A stretch of 64,000 nt of DNA from assembly GCA_964016885.1 (NCBI GenBank), contig OZ024742.1:218674001-218738000 (forward strand), in the 5' to 3' direction. The position numbers and the translations under genes are program-made. The DNA comes from Eledone cirrhosa (lineage: Eukaryota). The notes beneath the pieces are model-generated. The model was given only the letters and a program-made list of their open reading frames with translations. It was not told the origin of the DNA and made no database searches. The first letter of the stretch is position 1, and each line of letters begins with the position of its first letter. Shown here piece after piece: positions 35,911 through 49,700 of this stretch.

Positions 35911-37400
35911 TTATCATCATTATCATTATTTCACGTTTGCTTTTCCCTGCCTGCAAGGGTGGGACGGGTCTTATTCAGCCCAGCATCTCTCCACTTGTCA
36001 CGGTCCTTCGTCATCTCCACCGTGAGCTTCAGCGATCTGAGGTCTGTTCTCACCACCTCCGCCCATGTTTTTCGTAGTCTACCTCTACCACGTCTTCCTT
36101 CAACTGGCAATTCCTGGCACTTCTTCACCCATCGGTCATCCTCCATGCGCATCACATCTCCATACCACCTCAGTCTCCTCTCTCGCACACTACGTTCTAT
36201 CCCTCTCAGACACAGTTTCTCTCTCAACATATTCATGCACATCCAATGGAGCATGCTTGCCTCATTTTTCTCCAGCCATCGCATATCCTCTGCAGTTGTT
36301 GCCCATTTCTCACTACCATGCAGCATCGTGCTCCTCACACAGGCATCATATAACAGGCCTTTCGTACACAGGGAGAAACCCTTCTTCGTCAGCAGCTCCC
36401 TAAACTTCTTCCAAGCCGTCCTTATTCTAGATACTATGGCCTCGGAACATGCTAATCTGATCTCCTAGGTACCGGAAGCTATCCACCACTTCTATAGCCA
36501 CCGCCTGCATTTGAAAAATGTGTCTATCAATGCGACTTCTACTGTCTAATTTCCCTGTACATCTACTGCATACATATTTCTCCCTACCTGTTAGTTTGCC
36601 TGCTATCCCATTACATCTCTTGTGTACCCAGGATCTGCATTGTGTGCATTTTATAGAATTTATGCCAGTTCCTTTTCTGCATATCGAACATGGCCATTTC
36701 CCTGATGGAATCAGTTTTGTCCTCTTTTCTACTCATCAACATTTTTGTCTTAGCTAGGTTCACTCTCAGTCCTCTTGATACCAACTGCTGTTTCCATAGC
36801 CAGAATTTATTCTCTAGCTCCTCTACTGATTCTGCTATAAGAACCAGATCGTCAGCATAGAGAAGTTCCCATGACATCCAGTCTTAAACTCCTCTTTTAT
36901 GGCTTGGAGGACTAATATGAACAAGAGTGGGCTGAGGACCGAACCTTGATGTACTCCTACTTGTATCTGGAATTCCTCACTAAACTCCATTCCTACCTTG
37001 ACTTTACTGACAGCACCTCTGTACAAAGTTTGCACTGTCGTCACAAGCCATTCCTCTACACCTAGTTTCCTTAGGGACCACCAGATGACAGATCGGGTAC
37101 CCTATCAAAGGCCTTCTCTAGGTCAACAAAGGCTAAGTATAGTGGCTTATTCTTCTCTAAGAACCTCTCTTGTAATTGTCTCACCAAGAAGAGGGCATCT
37201 GTTGTACTTTTCCCAGGCACAAAACCAAACTGCATCTCATCTAGTTTGACCCTTTCTCTAATTAGTTGTGCTAATATCCTTTCTGCCACTTTCATAACCT
37301 GATCCATCAGTTTTATACCCCTATAATTGCTCCTCTCCAGAGCATCCCCTTTACCTTTGTAGAAATTTATGAGAATACTGCTGCACCAGTCTTTAGGTAA
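35911..37400 (-). mobile_element. 5'-truncated RTE LINE (RT, PHD, 3' end)
   Basis: YKGKGDALERSNYRG, DLEKAFDRVP, YADD, ending NKTRPTLAGREKQT* then a (GAT)n-like tail; frameshifted. Confidence 0.9.
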
Positions 37401-37449
37401 TATATATGTACATACATACATTTACGTATGTGTACATATTTGTATATAT

Positions 37450-37843
37450 GCACATGGCTTAGTGGTTAGAGCATTGGCCTTGCAATCGAAAGGTTGTGAA
37501 TTCAATTCTCAGACCGGGTGATGTGTTGTTTCCTTGAGCAAGACACTTTATTTCACATTGCTCCAGTTTACTCAGCTGTAGAAATGAGATGGTAGTACTG
37601 GGGTCCATAGCATTCCACTGCAAAGTGGTCGTGGAGGTGCCATGGCAAAAAAAAAAGCACCCAGCCCACACTGTAAAGTGGACATGTAGGTGTCACGGAA
37701 AAAAAGCACCCAGCACTCACTGTAAATGAGGTTGGTGTTAAGAAGTGCATCCAGCTGTAGAAATCAAGCCAGAATCAGTTCCCATCCCACCCTTGCAAGC
37801 AGGGAAAAGCGGACGTAAAATGATGATGATGATGATGATGATG
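37450..37843 (+). mobile_element. tRNA-derived CORE-like SINE (family B) with RTE-derived tail
   Basis: A/B-box head, CCTTGAGCAAGACACT core, and tail CCCACCCTTGCAAGCAGGGAAAAGCGGACGTAAAA(TGA)n matching the RTE 3' end at 35911-35970; truncated copy at 10372-10663. Confidence 0.8.
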
Positions 37844-38841
37844 CATGCATTTATATTTAAGTGTGTGTACATGTGACATGATTTATGTTTTTTTGATAAG
37901 GAGAGAATTTTGACTCCAGATTTTATTACCTAGGGACTTTAACTACCAGTTTTTCAACCTCATCAAATACCAACACCGGCCTGTGTGTGTATATATGGTG
38001 AGGAGGGTGATTTTGGACACCTTGCAGGACAAAAAATAAAACCTGACAAAAGGCGGAAGAACTCATAAGAGTCAATGGCCATCCGAAAGTGTGTAAATAT
38101 GTATATACACATGTACCGCGCAGTTAAACCACTGGGAGTGAAGGACCCCTAGCCTTTGTCAGGGCATTCTTCTAGGAGAAGGCAACTCAGGAAACTGTGA
38201 TAACTGATATAAAACCTGCGGCTCAGTAGTTACCGATGATGTTGATATTTTCTTCTTTTCGGGTTATAGCAACCGTCGCTCAGAGAGTGGGATTGGCTCA
38301 GTGCACAGTCTTTCCTCACTTTAAAAAATATCTTCATGCACAGGCATTGCACGATAAAATTAATTAATAATTATTAATAATTATTAATAATTAATAATTA
38401 TTAATAATGGTATATCGTGCAATGGCCATACTTGATAACGAGGGGGCAGCCATTATCATGTATGTATGTATGCGTGTGTATGTATAAGTATATACCCACA
38501 CCTTTCATGACCATTGCTTCTTTTTCTTCTTATTTCTGTTGAAGTTGTTCTTGTAACTGTTGTCATAGTTGACGTTGCTCTTATTTTCTTTGATTTCTTT
38601 CGTTTTTCTTTTATCTCCCTAGGGAATTCGTTGACAAGCTTCTTTTATTTATTTTCTTCGTTTTCTTCATTCAAATGCATTCACACTGGCTGTCTCAGAG
38701 ACGTACAAATATGGCTTATAAAATTTACCAAAGTAAAGAGCCTTCCACACCCCCCTAGCACCTCCAAAGCTTCAAACATCCCCCTACTCCAACCCTCCCC
38801 CAAGCTCCGAAACGTCCTCCCCACCCTGTTGAGAACCTTTG

Positions 38842-40190
38842 CTCTAGATCAACCAAAGCTAGATATAGAGGTTTACTCTTAGCAAAGAACTTATCTTGTA
38901 GTTGACTTATTAAAAAGAGGACATCTATTGTGCTCCTCCTTGGCATGAAACCGAGTTGCATCTCATCTAATTTGACTCTTTCCTTAATTACTTGTGCTAG
39001 AACTCTTTCTGCCACTTTCATAACTTGATCCATTAGTTTTATTTTATTAGTTGCTCCTTTCTAGAGCAACACCTTTTTCCTAACAATTAAAGATTATACT
39101 GCTGCACTAGTTATTGGGTATGACCCTGTTCTGTATTATCTGATTGACTATATTCAGTTCTTACTTCTGCATCTGTGACTATCTCTAACATTCCAGCAGC
39201 TTTAGCATTTTTCATCTCCTTGATTGCTTCTTTCAATATCTGGTCCCTCTATTGGCTAAATTGGCGATAGTCTCTCTTCCCCAACTCATTCTCCACATTC
39301 ATCAGCCTCTCATAGTAGTATTTCTAGGCCTCTTTCTTTTTCTAGGTGCACCAGTGTCATTTCTAACACACTTTCCCCCCAACAATATCCTGATTCACAC
39401 CGACACTGCCATGCAATGCAGAACACTTCACATCACAAGACATTAGCTAACCACCTCCTTTCATGCTATATATACTTGTTGCCTAGCCTCTCTTTTAGCT
39501 ACCAGTCTCTGATTTCCCTATTTTTCCAGTCTTTCATGCCTGTTTCTTGGCTTTAATGACTATCTACTGCGCTGCTCCACCACCTGAACCTATACTTAAC
39601 AGAAATGTCCTTTAGCCTCCAAATTGTCGTGTTTCCTCTTCTGTCTTGAGCTTATTTTGATGTCGCTAATAACTCACTTATGTTGGACAGCACTCTCTTC
39701 TCTGGAAAAGGTCTTTTTATTCTTAAGCAACTGTCTATCACTTTTTCTAACAAGTATGAAGTCAATCTGTCCAACATGTCCATTAAAATCATCTGCTAGG
39801 ATGATAAGGTCTCTGCCATCAGTAACTCAGGTTGTCTGTAGTTGTTCATAAAAGTGGTTCTTTGTGATGTATAGATAGAGATAATTGTTGTCTTCCTATT
39901 GCTTATGACTATTCTAAATTTGATAATTCTGTTGCTAAATCTAACTACTTTGATTACCTTATCTATGCACTTCTCAGCTAGTAGGATACCTACTCCATCT
40001 ACCCTTTTGTAATAACTGACTCAGAAGAGCTTTTATGTTGTTTGCCTGTTTGAAGTCTTGCAGAGGTGCCTCTCTATCTTACCTCACAAACATAACATAC
40101 ATCCACTCATCGCATCTCAAGCAACTCCACAGTTTCACCTGATCTACTTTTCAGTGTGCCTACATTGAGTGCTGTGGCTCTGAGATGAGT
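38842..40190 (-). mobile_element. 5' half of the split RTE LINE (APE up to LYLALVDLE)
   Basis: Continues the 19687-20860 piece across the TSD. Confidence 0.85.
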
Positions 40191-43100
40191 TACCTGGTAA
40201 TAGTGATTTGGTCCTTTTGTAGTTTTGTACCTGGAAGGGAATAAGGGTGTGCAATTGCGTGATAGGCAGTCAAGGGTTTCTTGCACATGGCTACTCTAAT
40301 CACCTCATTACTGTATGCAACACTGACTGGATGCCCTTCTTATTACTTTACAGTAGGGACATGGCATTTAGTTCAATACAGAACTGGGCAAATCTTTCAC
40401 CCTGTGGCACTCATGGAACATCCATAAAGTCCTTCGCCAGCTGTAATCAACAAATTCCTGAATTTACAAAATAATACACTTGTCACAAAAAATATAATTA
40501 TAATCTGGACAATTGTATTATTTGGAACTAATTAAACTAAATTTAATATTATGTTACTTCATAATAGGGTGGTGAATTAACAGAATTGATAGAGTTTCAG
40601 ATAAAATGTCATTCTGGTATTTGTTCTGGCACTATACATTCTGTGGAGGCATGTGGCCTAGTGGAAAGGGTGTTGGACTTACAATCATAATGTTGTAGGT
40701 TTGGTTGTGTGTTGTGTTCTTGAGCAAAACACTTCATTTTACTTTGCTCCAGTATACTGAGCTGAAAATGAGTACCAGCAATAGCTGGGAGTTTAACTCT
40801 GTGATGGACTGGCGTCCTGTCCAGGGGGGAGTCTTGTACTCTGAGTCGCTTCACACCATGAAACCGGGATAAGCACTGGCCAAATGAGCCTTCTGGCTTA
40901 AGACAGACTTTAGACTTTACATTCTGCTTTCATCATTCTAGTGTCAATAAAATAAAGTAAGTCACATCATGGGGTTGATTTAATCAACTTTCCTCATCCC
41001 ATCAAATTGCTGGCCTTGAGCCAAAATTAGAAACAATTAAGGGTAGTAGATTGGCAGAATTGTTAGTGTCAAATAAAATCCCATTGTCGTATTTGTTCTG
41101 ACTCTTTACAAATCCAGCCAAGGTCAATTTTACCTTTCATCCTACAGGGGCTGATAAAATAAAGTACCAGTCTAATACTGGCGTTCATTTAACCATCTTT
41201 GCCCTTCCTCCAAAATTTGTTGGTCTTATACCTAAATTAAAAATTAGTATTATGTTTTCTATTATGAGCAAATGGGGTCCACGCACTGGCCGCCCCACGG
41301 TCCAGGTGGACAGAATAGAGAAGACATTTCCCCAGAGGATGGTAAGGGAGATGCGATGGAAGTATTATGTTAATTCATAAATGTTATTAAATTGCTACTC
41401 AACCTCTTAATGAGATTTATGCAATTGCCCTCAACCCTGTACAAGTTTGTTGCAGTCAGGGTTCAGCATGATTGTAGTTATAAGCAGGGCAATGTAGATA
41501 TGAGTAGTTAGGCATATTCCATACAAGAATGTCTGGAATTGTACAATTTATCATCACTATTCAAGAAATTTTGTGGGCTGCATGAGAAAACCTTATGGGT
41601 GGCATGTTCCTTGTGAGCCATAGTTTGCCCAACTCTGCTTTAATGACTGTCAGTTCACAGCCTATGTAGACTACATCCAAATAAAGTTCACTCATTGATG
41701 CAGTGCTCTCTGTATGTCTCTTGTACTGCTACTACTACTAGTTTCTGCTCCATTCAACAAGCAAGTTTGTTGCACCTTATAATTTTGGGTTGTGGTTAGT
41801 TACTTTACTGAATCAGCCAATAAGAGAGCTCTTATCGGGTTACTTTGTCTGAACTATTAAGATTAACTTTAGAAATCTGCAATGTTTTAATATCCTATTT
41901 TTTAATGAATATTGCTTTGTTTCCAACTTTGTAACTAAATATGTTGGCTTGAATAAATTTGTGTGTTCATAATGATATATCAACATATTTTTCTGAACGT
42001 AATTTGAACTCAGAAAACTTAGCACTATGAAATGAATAGACTGTAGTACAACACATAGTTTAAGACACCTTTATAACAATAAGTTATTAGTGGCAAAATA
42101 ATTTTTTAAATTAAAAAAAAAAAGCCGTGAGCAAAAGTTTAAAGTTTTTGACCATCATGTATGTCGTTGATATACCAATGTATCTAATTTTTTTCTAATT
42201 CTTCCATTTACAAATCAAAAATGCAAATTATGATAAAAATAATAATTTAGAAGATTCATCATATTGTAAATAAAGATACTTAGACTGTTGCAGGGCTGCT
42301 GGATTAGCTTTTTTCTGGCTGTTGTAAACATGGATGGTTTGGAAAAACAAATTCTTTCACTGCATATATTGAGTATTTGAAAAGAATCATTGACAGTTTC
42401 TTCTTTCCTCATCTGACTGAACCATAAAACTCCACATTTTATTTATACACACTCTCACACAGATGCACATACATACACTCACAAACATACACCCACACAC
42501 ACACATCATATATCCCATTATGTTGATATACAACATATTTAGCCTGAGACATTGCTATCTTGTTGACACTAATGGCGGTCATTAAAGACTTAATTGATAT
42601 GTAGTAATGATGGTGTTGGTTGTATTGCTTTTGCTGTTAGTAATGACAGTGGAGGTGTTGGTGGTTGTGCTAGTGTTGATGATGATAATGGTAGTGATAA
42701 TAATATTTGTGATAGTAGTGGTGGAGGTGTTGTTGTTGGTAATATTTCATGTGTTGTTTGGTTTCATAGTTTCATTTTCAAAACTAGTGTCAGTGTCTGT
42801 CAAACATATACATATACACCAGGTCTGAACCAAGCTCCCACTGTCCCTGCCTCCGTTTTTCACTATTATGAACAAATGGGGGCCCATGCGCTGGTCACCC
42901 TGCGACCCCGGCAGACAGAATAGAGAAGGCATTTCCCCAGAGGATGGTGAGGGAGACGTGTTGTAAGAGCCATTCCAACTCGCGAGGCTCACCCCACTCA
43001 TTTTAATTAGTCAACCATGAATATATATAAATTACTCACAATCGCCACTGACCAAGTGGCATTAAACATGTTCACTATTTTTACAGCAAAATCATAAAAA

Positions 43101-43238
43101 GTTCAATTAAAGAACCAAAAGTGAAATAAAAAATAAAGACACAACAGCTGCAGTTTCATATCTTTATCATATTTATTTCACCCTCCCTTAAACATTTTCA
43201 GAAAGCTGAATGAAACGAAAAAAAAAAAGAAATGAAAA

Positions 43239-43422
43239 TCAGTCGCCTTTCTTTGAAATTAACTTGTCAATGAGAGTTTTCAATTCAGATTTATAACTAT
43301 TATAACATAGAACACCATTCTCATCAAAGTATTTTGCCACAGAATGTTTTAATGTTTCTGACCTGGAAGAACCTTTCACACCATTTTCATAATCAATCAT
43401 AAGTTGGTATACATCATCGTAT
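43239..43422 (-). CDS. SPCS2: SPCS2 exon 5 (terminal)
   Basis: Acceptor ttttcccttacag|; (K)YDDVYQL..KHSVAKYFDENGVL..* resembles the SPC25 C-terminus. Confidence 0.93.
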
Positions 43423-43551
43423 CTGTAAGGGAAAACAGGAATCAGTGAGAAATGAGACAGTAAACTATAGAGAATAAAGTAACCTAAGTAACAACATAAA
43501 ACAAATAATTGAAGAACATCTTTGGTGAGACACACTCTATTTTGACTTTAA

Positions 43552-43736
43552 CCTGAGGCAAGTCAAGCCCATCTTTCTGGAACAAGTCAAGCCCATCTTT
43601 CTGAGACAAGACAAACCCACTCTTCTGAGGCAAGTCAAACCCATCTTTCTAAGGCAAGGCAAGCTCATCTTTCTGAGGCAAGTTAAACCCATTAAGTCGA
43701 GTTCATCTTTCTGAGGCAATTGAAGCCCATCTTTCT
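43552..43736. repeat. 24-bp minisatellite in SPCS2 intron 4
   Basis: About 7 copies of CTGAGGCAAGTCAAGCCCATCTTT. Confidence 0.85.
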
Positions 43737-44108
43737 CCAGTCTATATACCACTAATATATAATCAGACAGACTGGGCCAGTTGAGGGTTAAGTCCCTTTG
43801 ACACAATGCAGGGTTAGTAAAATGGTATGAACGATTGACCTTTTCATTCAGTTTGAGATTTTCTGAAGATGGTCACTTATCCCTATTCTCATTCAAAGAA
43901 AAAGGTGTGTGTGTGTGTGTGTATACATACATACATACATATGTATATAAATGTACAAAATATGTATATGCACAAACATATCTGTGTATATAACTAGATA
44001 TATATAAATGCACACACACACACACACACACATAACTCGTTAAGATGTTGGTAAATGCAAACAAGAAGTCCTATTACATTTGGAAGAACAATCAAATAAC
44101 ACACTAAC

Positions 44109-44243
44109 TTTTTGAGGTAAGACGATATGGTTAAAACATTATCAGGATCAACGCCAGCAGGATCTTTCTGTAGTGCCACCAGAAATATTCCTTTCTCTTT
44201 ATAAGATGTGTAAAGTGTGAGAATGGCCATCAAGAAAAAATAT
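44109..44243 (-). CDS. SPCS2: SPCS2 exon 4
   Basis: [34 protein letters not shown]; donor gttagt; phases consistent with neighbours. Confidence 0.95.
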
Positions 44244-44438
44244 CTAGAGTTCAGATAAGGAAACAATAAAAGAATACAAAAGGAATCTCTATTCAACATT
44301 TTCATGCAGTAAAATAAAGAATGATTATAAATACTAGCAGAAAAAACGACCTTCAGGCGGTTTTCTGCTAGCATATGTGGTGTGCATATTAGTATTATAC
44401 GCAAATATATATATGTAAATTGAAAAGTAAATTACAAT

Positions 44439-45065
44439 ATCTTCTTCTTCACCCACTTATTTCTGAGAGGGTCATGGGAGCAGAGTCCTTCTCAAACACT
44501 CCTTCCAACAAGTTTGTCAGTAGCAAACATCTCTAACTGATCCAGCTGGATCCCAAAGCATGACCACTCATGGATGTTACCCAACTATCTTGCTCAGGGT
44601 CTACCTCTGGATCTCTTGCCGGTTGATTTTGCCTGTAAAATCTGTCCAGCGATTCTTTACTGAGACATTCTAACCACATGTTCATAATATCGGAGTTGTG
44701 ATCTCTCAATTCGGAGAAGTAGCAGCTCTACCAGGAGTAACTCTCTGGTCTCTGAGCCAAGCACTTTATCGAGTAATGTTACTCCAAAGACCCTTCGGAG
44801 GAATCCCATTTCTGCCACTTTTATTTGCAATTGTATTCTTTTCGTCATTACTCAAGATTCATGATCCTCGGTAAGATTTGGCAGGAATACCAGGAAGACA
44901 GTGAGTTTGACTTTTACACTTACCCCCATTCAACTGATTGCTGAGGCTGGCGCTTTACTGCATCAGCTTTTGCAATTCTTGCACTTAATTCAGCCTCCTG
45001 CATTCCATCACTCATGTACATGGCTCCGAGATACTTCAACTTCTCTAACTGCTTCAGTAGAACTC
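44439..45065 (-). mobile_element. RTE (BovB/Expander-like) 3' fragment
   Basis: Same family as 18001-18950 (AEMGFLRRVFGVTLLDKV, (GAA)n tail). Confidence 0.85.
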
Positions 45066-45249
45066 CAATCATATGTATATAAATTTGAGGGACTTCTGTC
45101 CACCCGTCTGTCACACAATGTGTATGTGTATGTAAAAGGAAGGAAAGGGATACACACATATATATCTCTAACTTAAAAACAGTGACACACACACACGTCT
45201 CTAATTTAAGAACGCCGATAAACTCACGCGCACACAAATACACACTTTG

Positions 45250-45670
45250 GCTCGGGGCAAACATTCCCTCAATTTTGGAACCGTCTGGGTTGTCCAGAAT
45301 TGATGGGAAAAGACTTGATGGTCTTACTCTGTGCTCCTGGTCGAGAGGCAGATGCCTTATCTGACTCTTTTGCTTCTTCCCACATCCTGGATGCAGCGGT
45401 AAGGGCGAGAGCTTCAGCACCCGCAGCTGAACCGAACAAAATCCTAAAATACAGTGTTCTGTCAGCTAATTACACTATCCAGCCTGTGGCATTCAAGACG
45501 TTTGGGGGAGTCGGGCTACTGACAGTGAGGTTCTTATCTTCACTGGCAGCTCACCAAACAGCGGTAACTGGTGATGCTCGTGAGGGCACTTGGTTGTTCC
45601 AGCACCTCAGCCTCGCCATCACCCCAGGTAACGCTGCGAGCATGCTGGCTTGCCTCAAAAATTATTAGAG
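45250..45670 (+). mobile_element. CRE-like non-LTR element, restriction-like endonuclease 3' fragment
   Basis: EPSGLSRIDGKRLDGLT..W..G; PVAFKTFG; LSLAITPGNAASML*. Confidence 0.7.
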
Positions 45671-46540
45671 AGGTTTCTCAGTGCTCCTCGCTATATTGTT
45701 ATCTTTTGCTCTGGTAGCGGCTCATTTGTCCACCCCTTTCGTCTGCATTTTGGTCTATGTGGTCTAAGATGTGTGTATTACGTGCTTGTGTACTTTTTTC
45801 TTTCTTTTTTTCCTTTCCCTTTCTTTTGTATATATTATATTTGTTTTTGTGTTTTCGTTCTGTCACCATTATATTAAATTTTTATATAAATGAGCTATAA
45901 AAAAAGAGTTTAACTGTGTTGCTAATAAATAAATAAAAAGTTGTACTTCATTTTACTCTCGAACGCAGCTATCATGACTGTATGACTATGCATGTGTTTG
46001 TGTAAATGTATGTGTGAATGCGTGTTTGTGTAAATGTATGTGTGAATGTATGTATGTGTTTGTCTGAAAGTATGTGTATTTGTGTGAATGTATGCCTGTG
46101 ATCGTGTATTTTTGTAAGTTTGTGTTTGTACGATTATAGTTATATACTCATACATATAAATGCATGTATATGCACATACACATCAGCGTGTTGAAAAAAA
46201 TTCTCATCTCTTCATCTATCTCTCTCTCTATATATATATGTCACATAATCACTCTATCTGTATCTCTCTCATCACACACTCTCTCTTTCTGTGTATGGTA
46301 GTTGAAGTGGTGGTGGCAATATGCTGGAAGTGTAGAAATTTGAAACTTTTAAAAGAAGTCAATTTTAAATAAACAATAAAATTATTTATATTTAATCAAG
46401 AGTTAAGAAATTTAGTATATAAATTATGTAATATTCATTCATTATTTATTCATAGTAATCCAACTTATTTTACTAACTGGATTAAAAGAAATAAATTGGA
46501 TGCTGTCCCGCACTCCTCCCTTTATTATAGTATAGATATA

Positions 46541-46758
46541 GGGCAGTGGATTGGCAGTATCGGTAGAGAGTCGGACGCCATGCTTTGCAACATAGAGTTA
46601 CGGTCCTTTATGATCCGAGTTCAAATCCCGCTGAGGTTAACTTTGCCTTTCATCCTTACGGGGTCGATAAAATAAAGTACCAGTCACGCACTGGGTCGAT
46701 TTTATCGACTTTCCCCTCCCCCCAAAAAATTGCTGGCCTTGTGCCTATATAAGAAACC
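46541..46758 (+). mobile_element. Full-length SINE family A with 17-bp TSD
   Basis: A box TGGCAGTATCGG, B box GAGTTCAAATCC; TSD ATTATAGTATAGATATA at 46524-46540 and 46759-46775. Confidence 0.88.
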
Positions 46759-49700
46759 ATTATAGTATAGATATATAAAGCATCCAGCCCACCCTGTAAA
46801 ATGTTGTGTTGGTGACATGACAAAAAGCACTAAGCCCACCTTGTAATGGCAGTTGTGTAGGTGATACAACAAAAAAACACTCTGCCCATCGTGTAAAGTG
46901 GTTGTGTTGGTGACATGACAAAAAGCACCCAGCCCACCCTGTAATGGTGATCATGTACAGCAAACAGCACCCAATTCACCATGTAAAATGGTTATATTGG
47001 TGACATGACAAAAGGTATGTAATCGGTGCCACTGACCTTTCAGACAGGCTGGGGTTTACAACTCAACTTAATTACACTTCCATACTTCCAGTGCACTGGG
47101 AGCATTTTATTGTGGCACCAACACTAGGGTGCTTGTAATGTCTTTGACAGAACTGAAGAGTCTTCTCAATCCTTTGGTTGGCAAGTTTTCTATGGCCGGA
47201 TGCTCTTCCTATCACCAACGAATCTAAAGAGTGTAGTGGGTATGTTTTATGGCACCAATACTATGAGGTAATTATGCTTTTTTACACAACTGAAGGGTCT
47301 TCTCAACCCATATATATTCATCTCACTTTCACCATGACTGGACAGTCATTAGGGAAGTTTTTGCAGCATATCTTGGGCAATTATAGCCCAGTAATACCCA
47401 TCTTTCACCAGTATGTATATATCACATACATATATAAAGAGAAATTATAGATAACAAAAACAATATCCAGTAATATCACACATCTATGATAAATTCATAA
47501 GTGTGGTAGAATTGATTAAACAGATCATCATCATCATTTTACGTCTGCTTTTCCCTGCTTGGGATTAAATAGACCACGTTTTTGTGAAGTCTTTAATAAC
47601 AGTACCACAAGCTAATACACTTTCATTTTTCTTTCAATAAAGAAATGGAGAGAAAAAAAATAATGGTTTCTAATTTAGGCAAAGAGGCAGCATATTGGGA
47701 AAAGGGGAAAGTTGATTTAACCATCCCAGTACTTAACTAGTACTTTATTTATTGACCCTGAAAAGATTGAAGGTAAAGTTGATCTCGACAGGATTTGAAC
47801 TCAGAATGTAAAAAGCTAAAGCAAACACCATGAGGTATTTTGTTCAATGCTCTAATAACTTAACTCATCCACCATCCTTAATATTGATTTCTAATTTAGA
47901 CACAAGGCCAGACATTTTGTAGAAAGAGGAACATTGATTAAACTGATCCCCTTACATATCTGATACTTAGTTTTATCAAAACTGGAAAGACAATTTTGAT
48001 GTCAGTGGGATTCTGTTGATGTTTAGTTCCAAGTCAGACCAGATACAGCAGTCCTATGATCAAAGATATTCTGATCAAGACCATTGTCTTTTATTAAAAT
48101 ATTATCGAATATGTCCTCTTTTAAAGATATTCTATTTGGTTGAAACTTCTAGCAGGTTAAGTGACTACATAGTGGCTCTCTGATTCACTTACATTGGTTG
48201 TTGTTAACACTAGAGCAAATTATTCAATTAATATTTAGATGAATTCATTATCTTACTGCCATTTTTCCATGCTGGTATAAATTGGCTTGGTTAAGATGCT
48301 TAGTACATATTCAGAATTGTTGTCCTTGCTTGTATGTTCCATTTTTCGCTTGGTTTCTATAGTAGAATGCCCTTACTACCACCAATGAATTTTCAGAGTG
48401 TACTAGGTACACTAACACAAGTGAGGTTATTATGCCCTCAACATGACTAAATAGAGCTTTCTACTCCATGTTGCTACTATTCAATTGCAAACACTTTATA
48501 GAGTTTAGTGGGTGCATTTTATCATGGAACCAACACTATAGAGGTTACCTTATTCAAGATTACTCCATTCTTTCAAGGCAAATGTGACAAAGAGTGAAAA
48601 TAGAAATGGAATAATGGCTAAGATTACACAATGCTGTGTAATGTAGGGCAACTCTCAGTCTCGTAATAAGATTTTAACTTATAGTAGAAAGGGACCCTTC
48701 ATTCATGACTGATCATGAATTTGTACTTGAAAAATACCTTTCCAAAGTGGAAGGTGCTTTGTGGAAGGCTAGCAGTGGCCCATGCATACCTGCCTTCCCT
48801 CTCCATGCTACCAATATTGACCAAAGGAAACAGAAAAGCCGATACAACCTGCTGCAACATATTTTTCCCAACCGAGTAGAATAACGTGAAAAGAAATCTC
48901 TTTCTCAAGTACAAAACGTGCTTCTCAGTCAGAGAATCAAACTCATGACCTTATGATTGTGAGCTCAACAACCTCATCAGCCATGTACTCTCATAAACAT
49001 ACAGCACAATCATCTAAACAATTTTTTGCTACTTCTAACATAGAACTGTGTTTACTTATGCTATCTATTTGTACCTAAAAGAAGTGAATCATTAAGAGCA
49101 ATGTATCTAGACCACAAAGATAGAACATCACCAGTAATAATGTATGAGCTGTGGAACCCTCAACTTGCTGTTTGTCTTTTTTTCCCAGATGACCACCTCT
49201 AAGAAACTTCTAAATCTTATAAGTTTGATTAAGTGATGTTAGCAGGGAAACTAAAAGTATGATGATGATGACACAGTTACCCATTGAGAAAAACTCTTCA
49301 ATCTTATTTTTATAATAAAAACTGTGTTTGTCATACTTATGTTAGTGTTTCATCATAAAATGTACATTAATCTGATAATGTTGTAAAAAATCCCTAATGT
49401 TTTATACAAAGGGGTTTACCTATGTTACAATATTTTCCTTTCCTGTTTAAATGTTTAAACAGTTAAAGTGAAGAAGCTTGCCATGGGGCTTGCAAGGTTA
49501 CCTCTGCTTTGGTAGAGAAAATGGCTTTAAAATGCTTCTTGTATATTTACCCCCAATACTTTGTCTGGTATATATTTTATCAACATCATAAAACAAAAGA
49601 TGAAGCTATATAGTTACAAGAGCAGGAAACTGATATGAAGCTTAATACTATAATGTATTTTCGTCTGATACCTTTTAGTTGTGTCAAGGACATGACAGCC

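Larger units (their letters stand above)
20861..38841. mobile_element. hAT (Charlie-like) element boundaries enclosing about 18 kb of nested insertions
   Basis: TIRs CACAGGTTCTCAAC / GTTGAGAACCTTTG (13/14 match); identical 8-bp TSD CTCTAGAT at 20853-20860 and 38842-38849; the flanks rejoin into one RTE. Confidence 0.8.

Noticed and set aside
37450-37520. tRNA-like sequences here and at other SINE heads
   Set aside because: They are degenerate A/B boxes continuing into SINE bodies, with no full cloverleaf, so they are not tRNA genes.
42594-42923. Gly/Val/Asp-rich ORFs
   Set aside because: Degenerate (GGT/GAT/GTT)n trinucleotide repeat with no gene structure.
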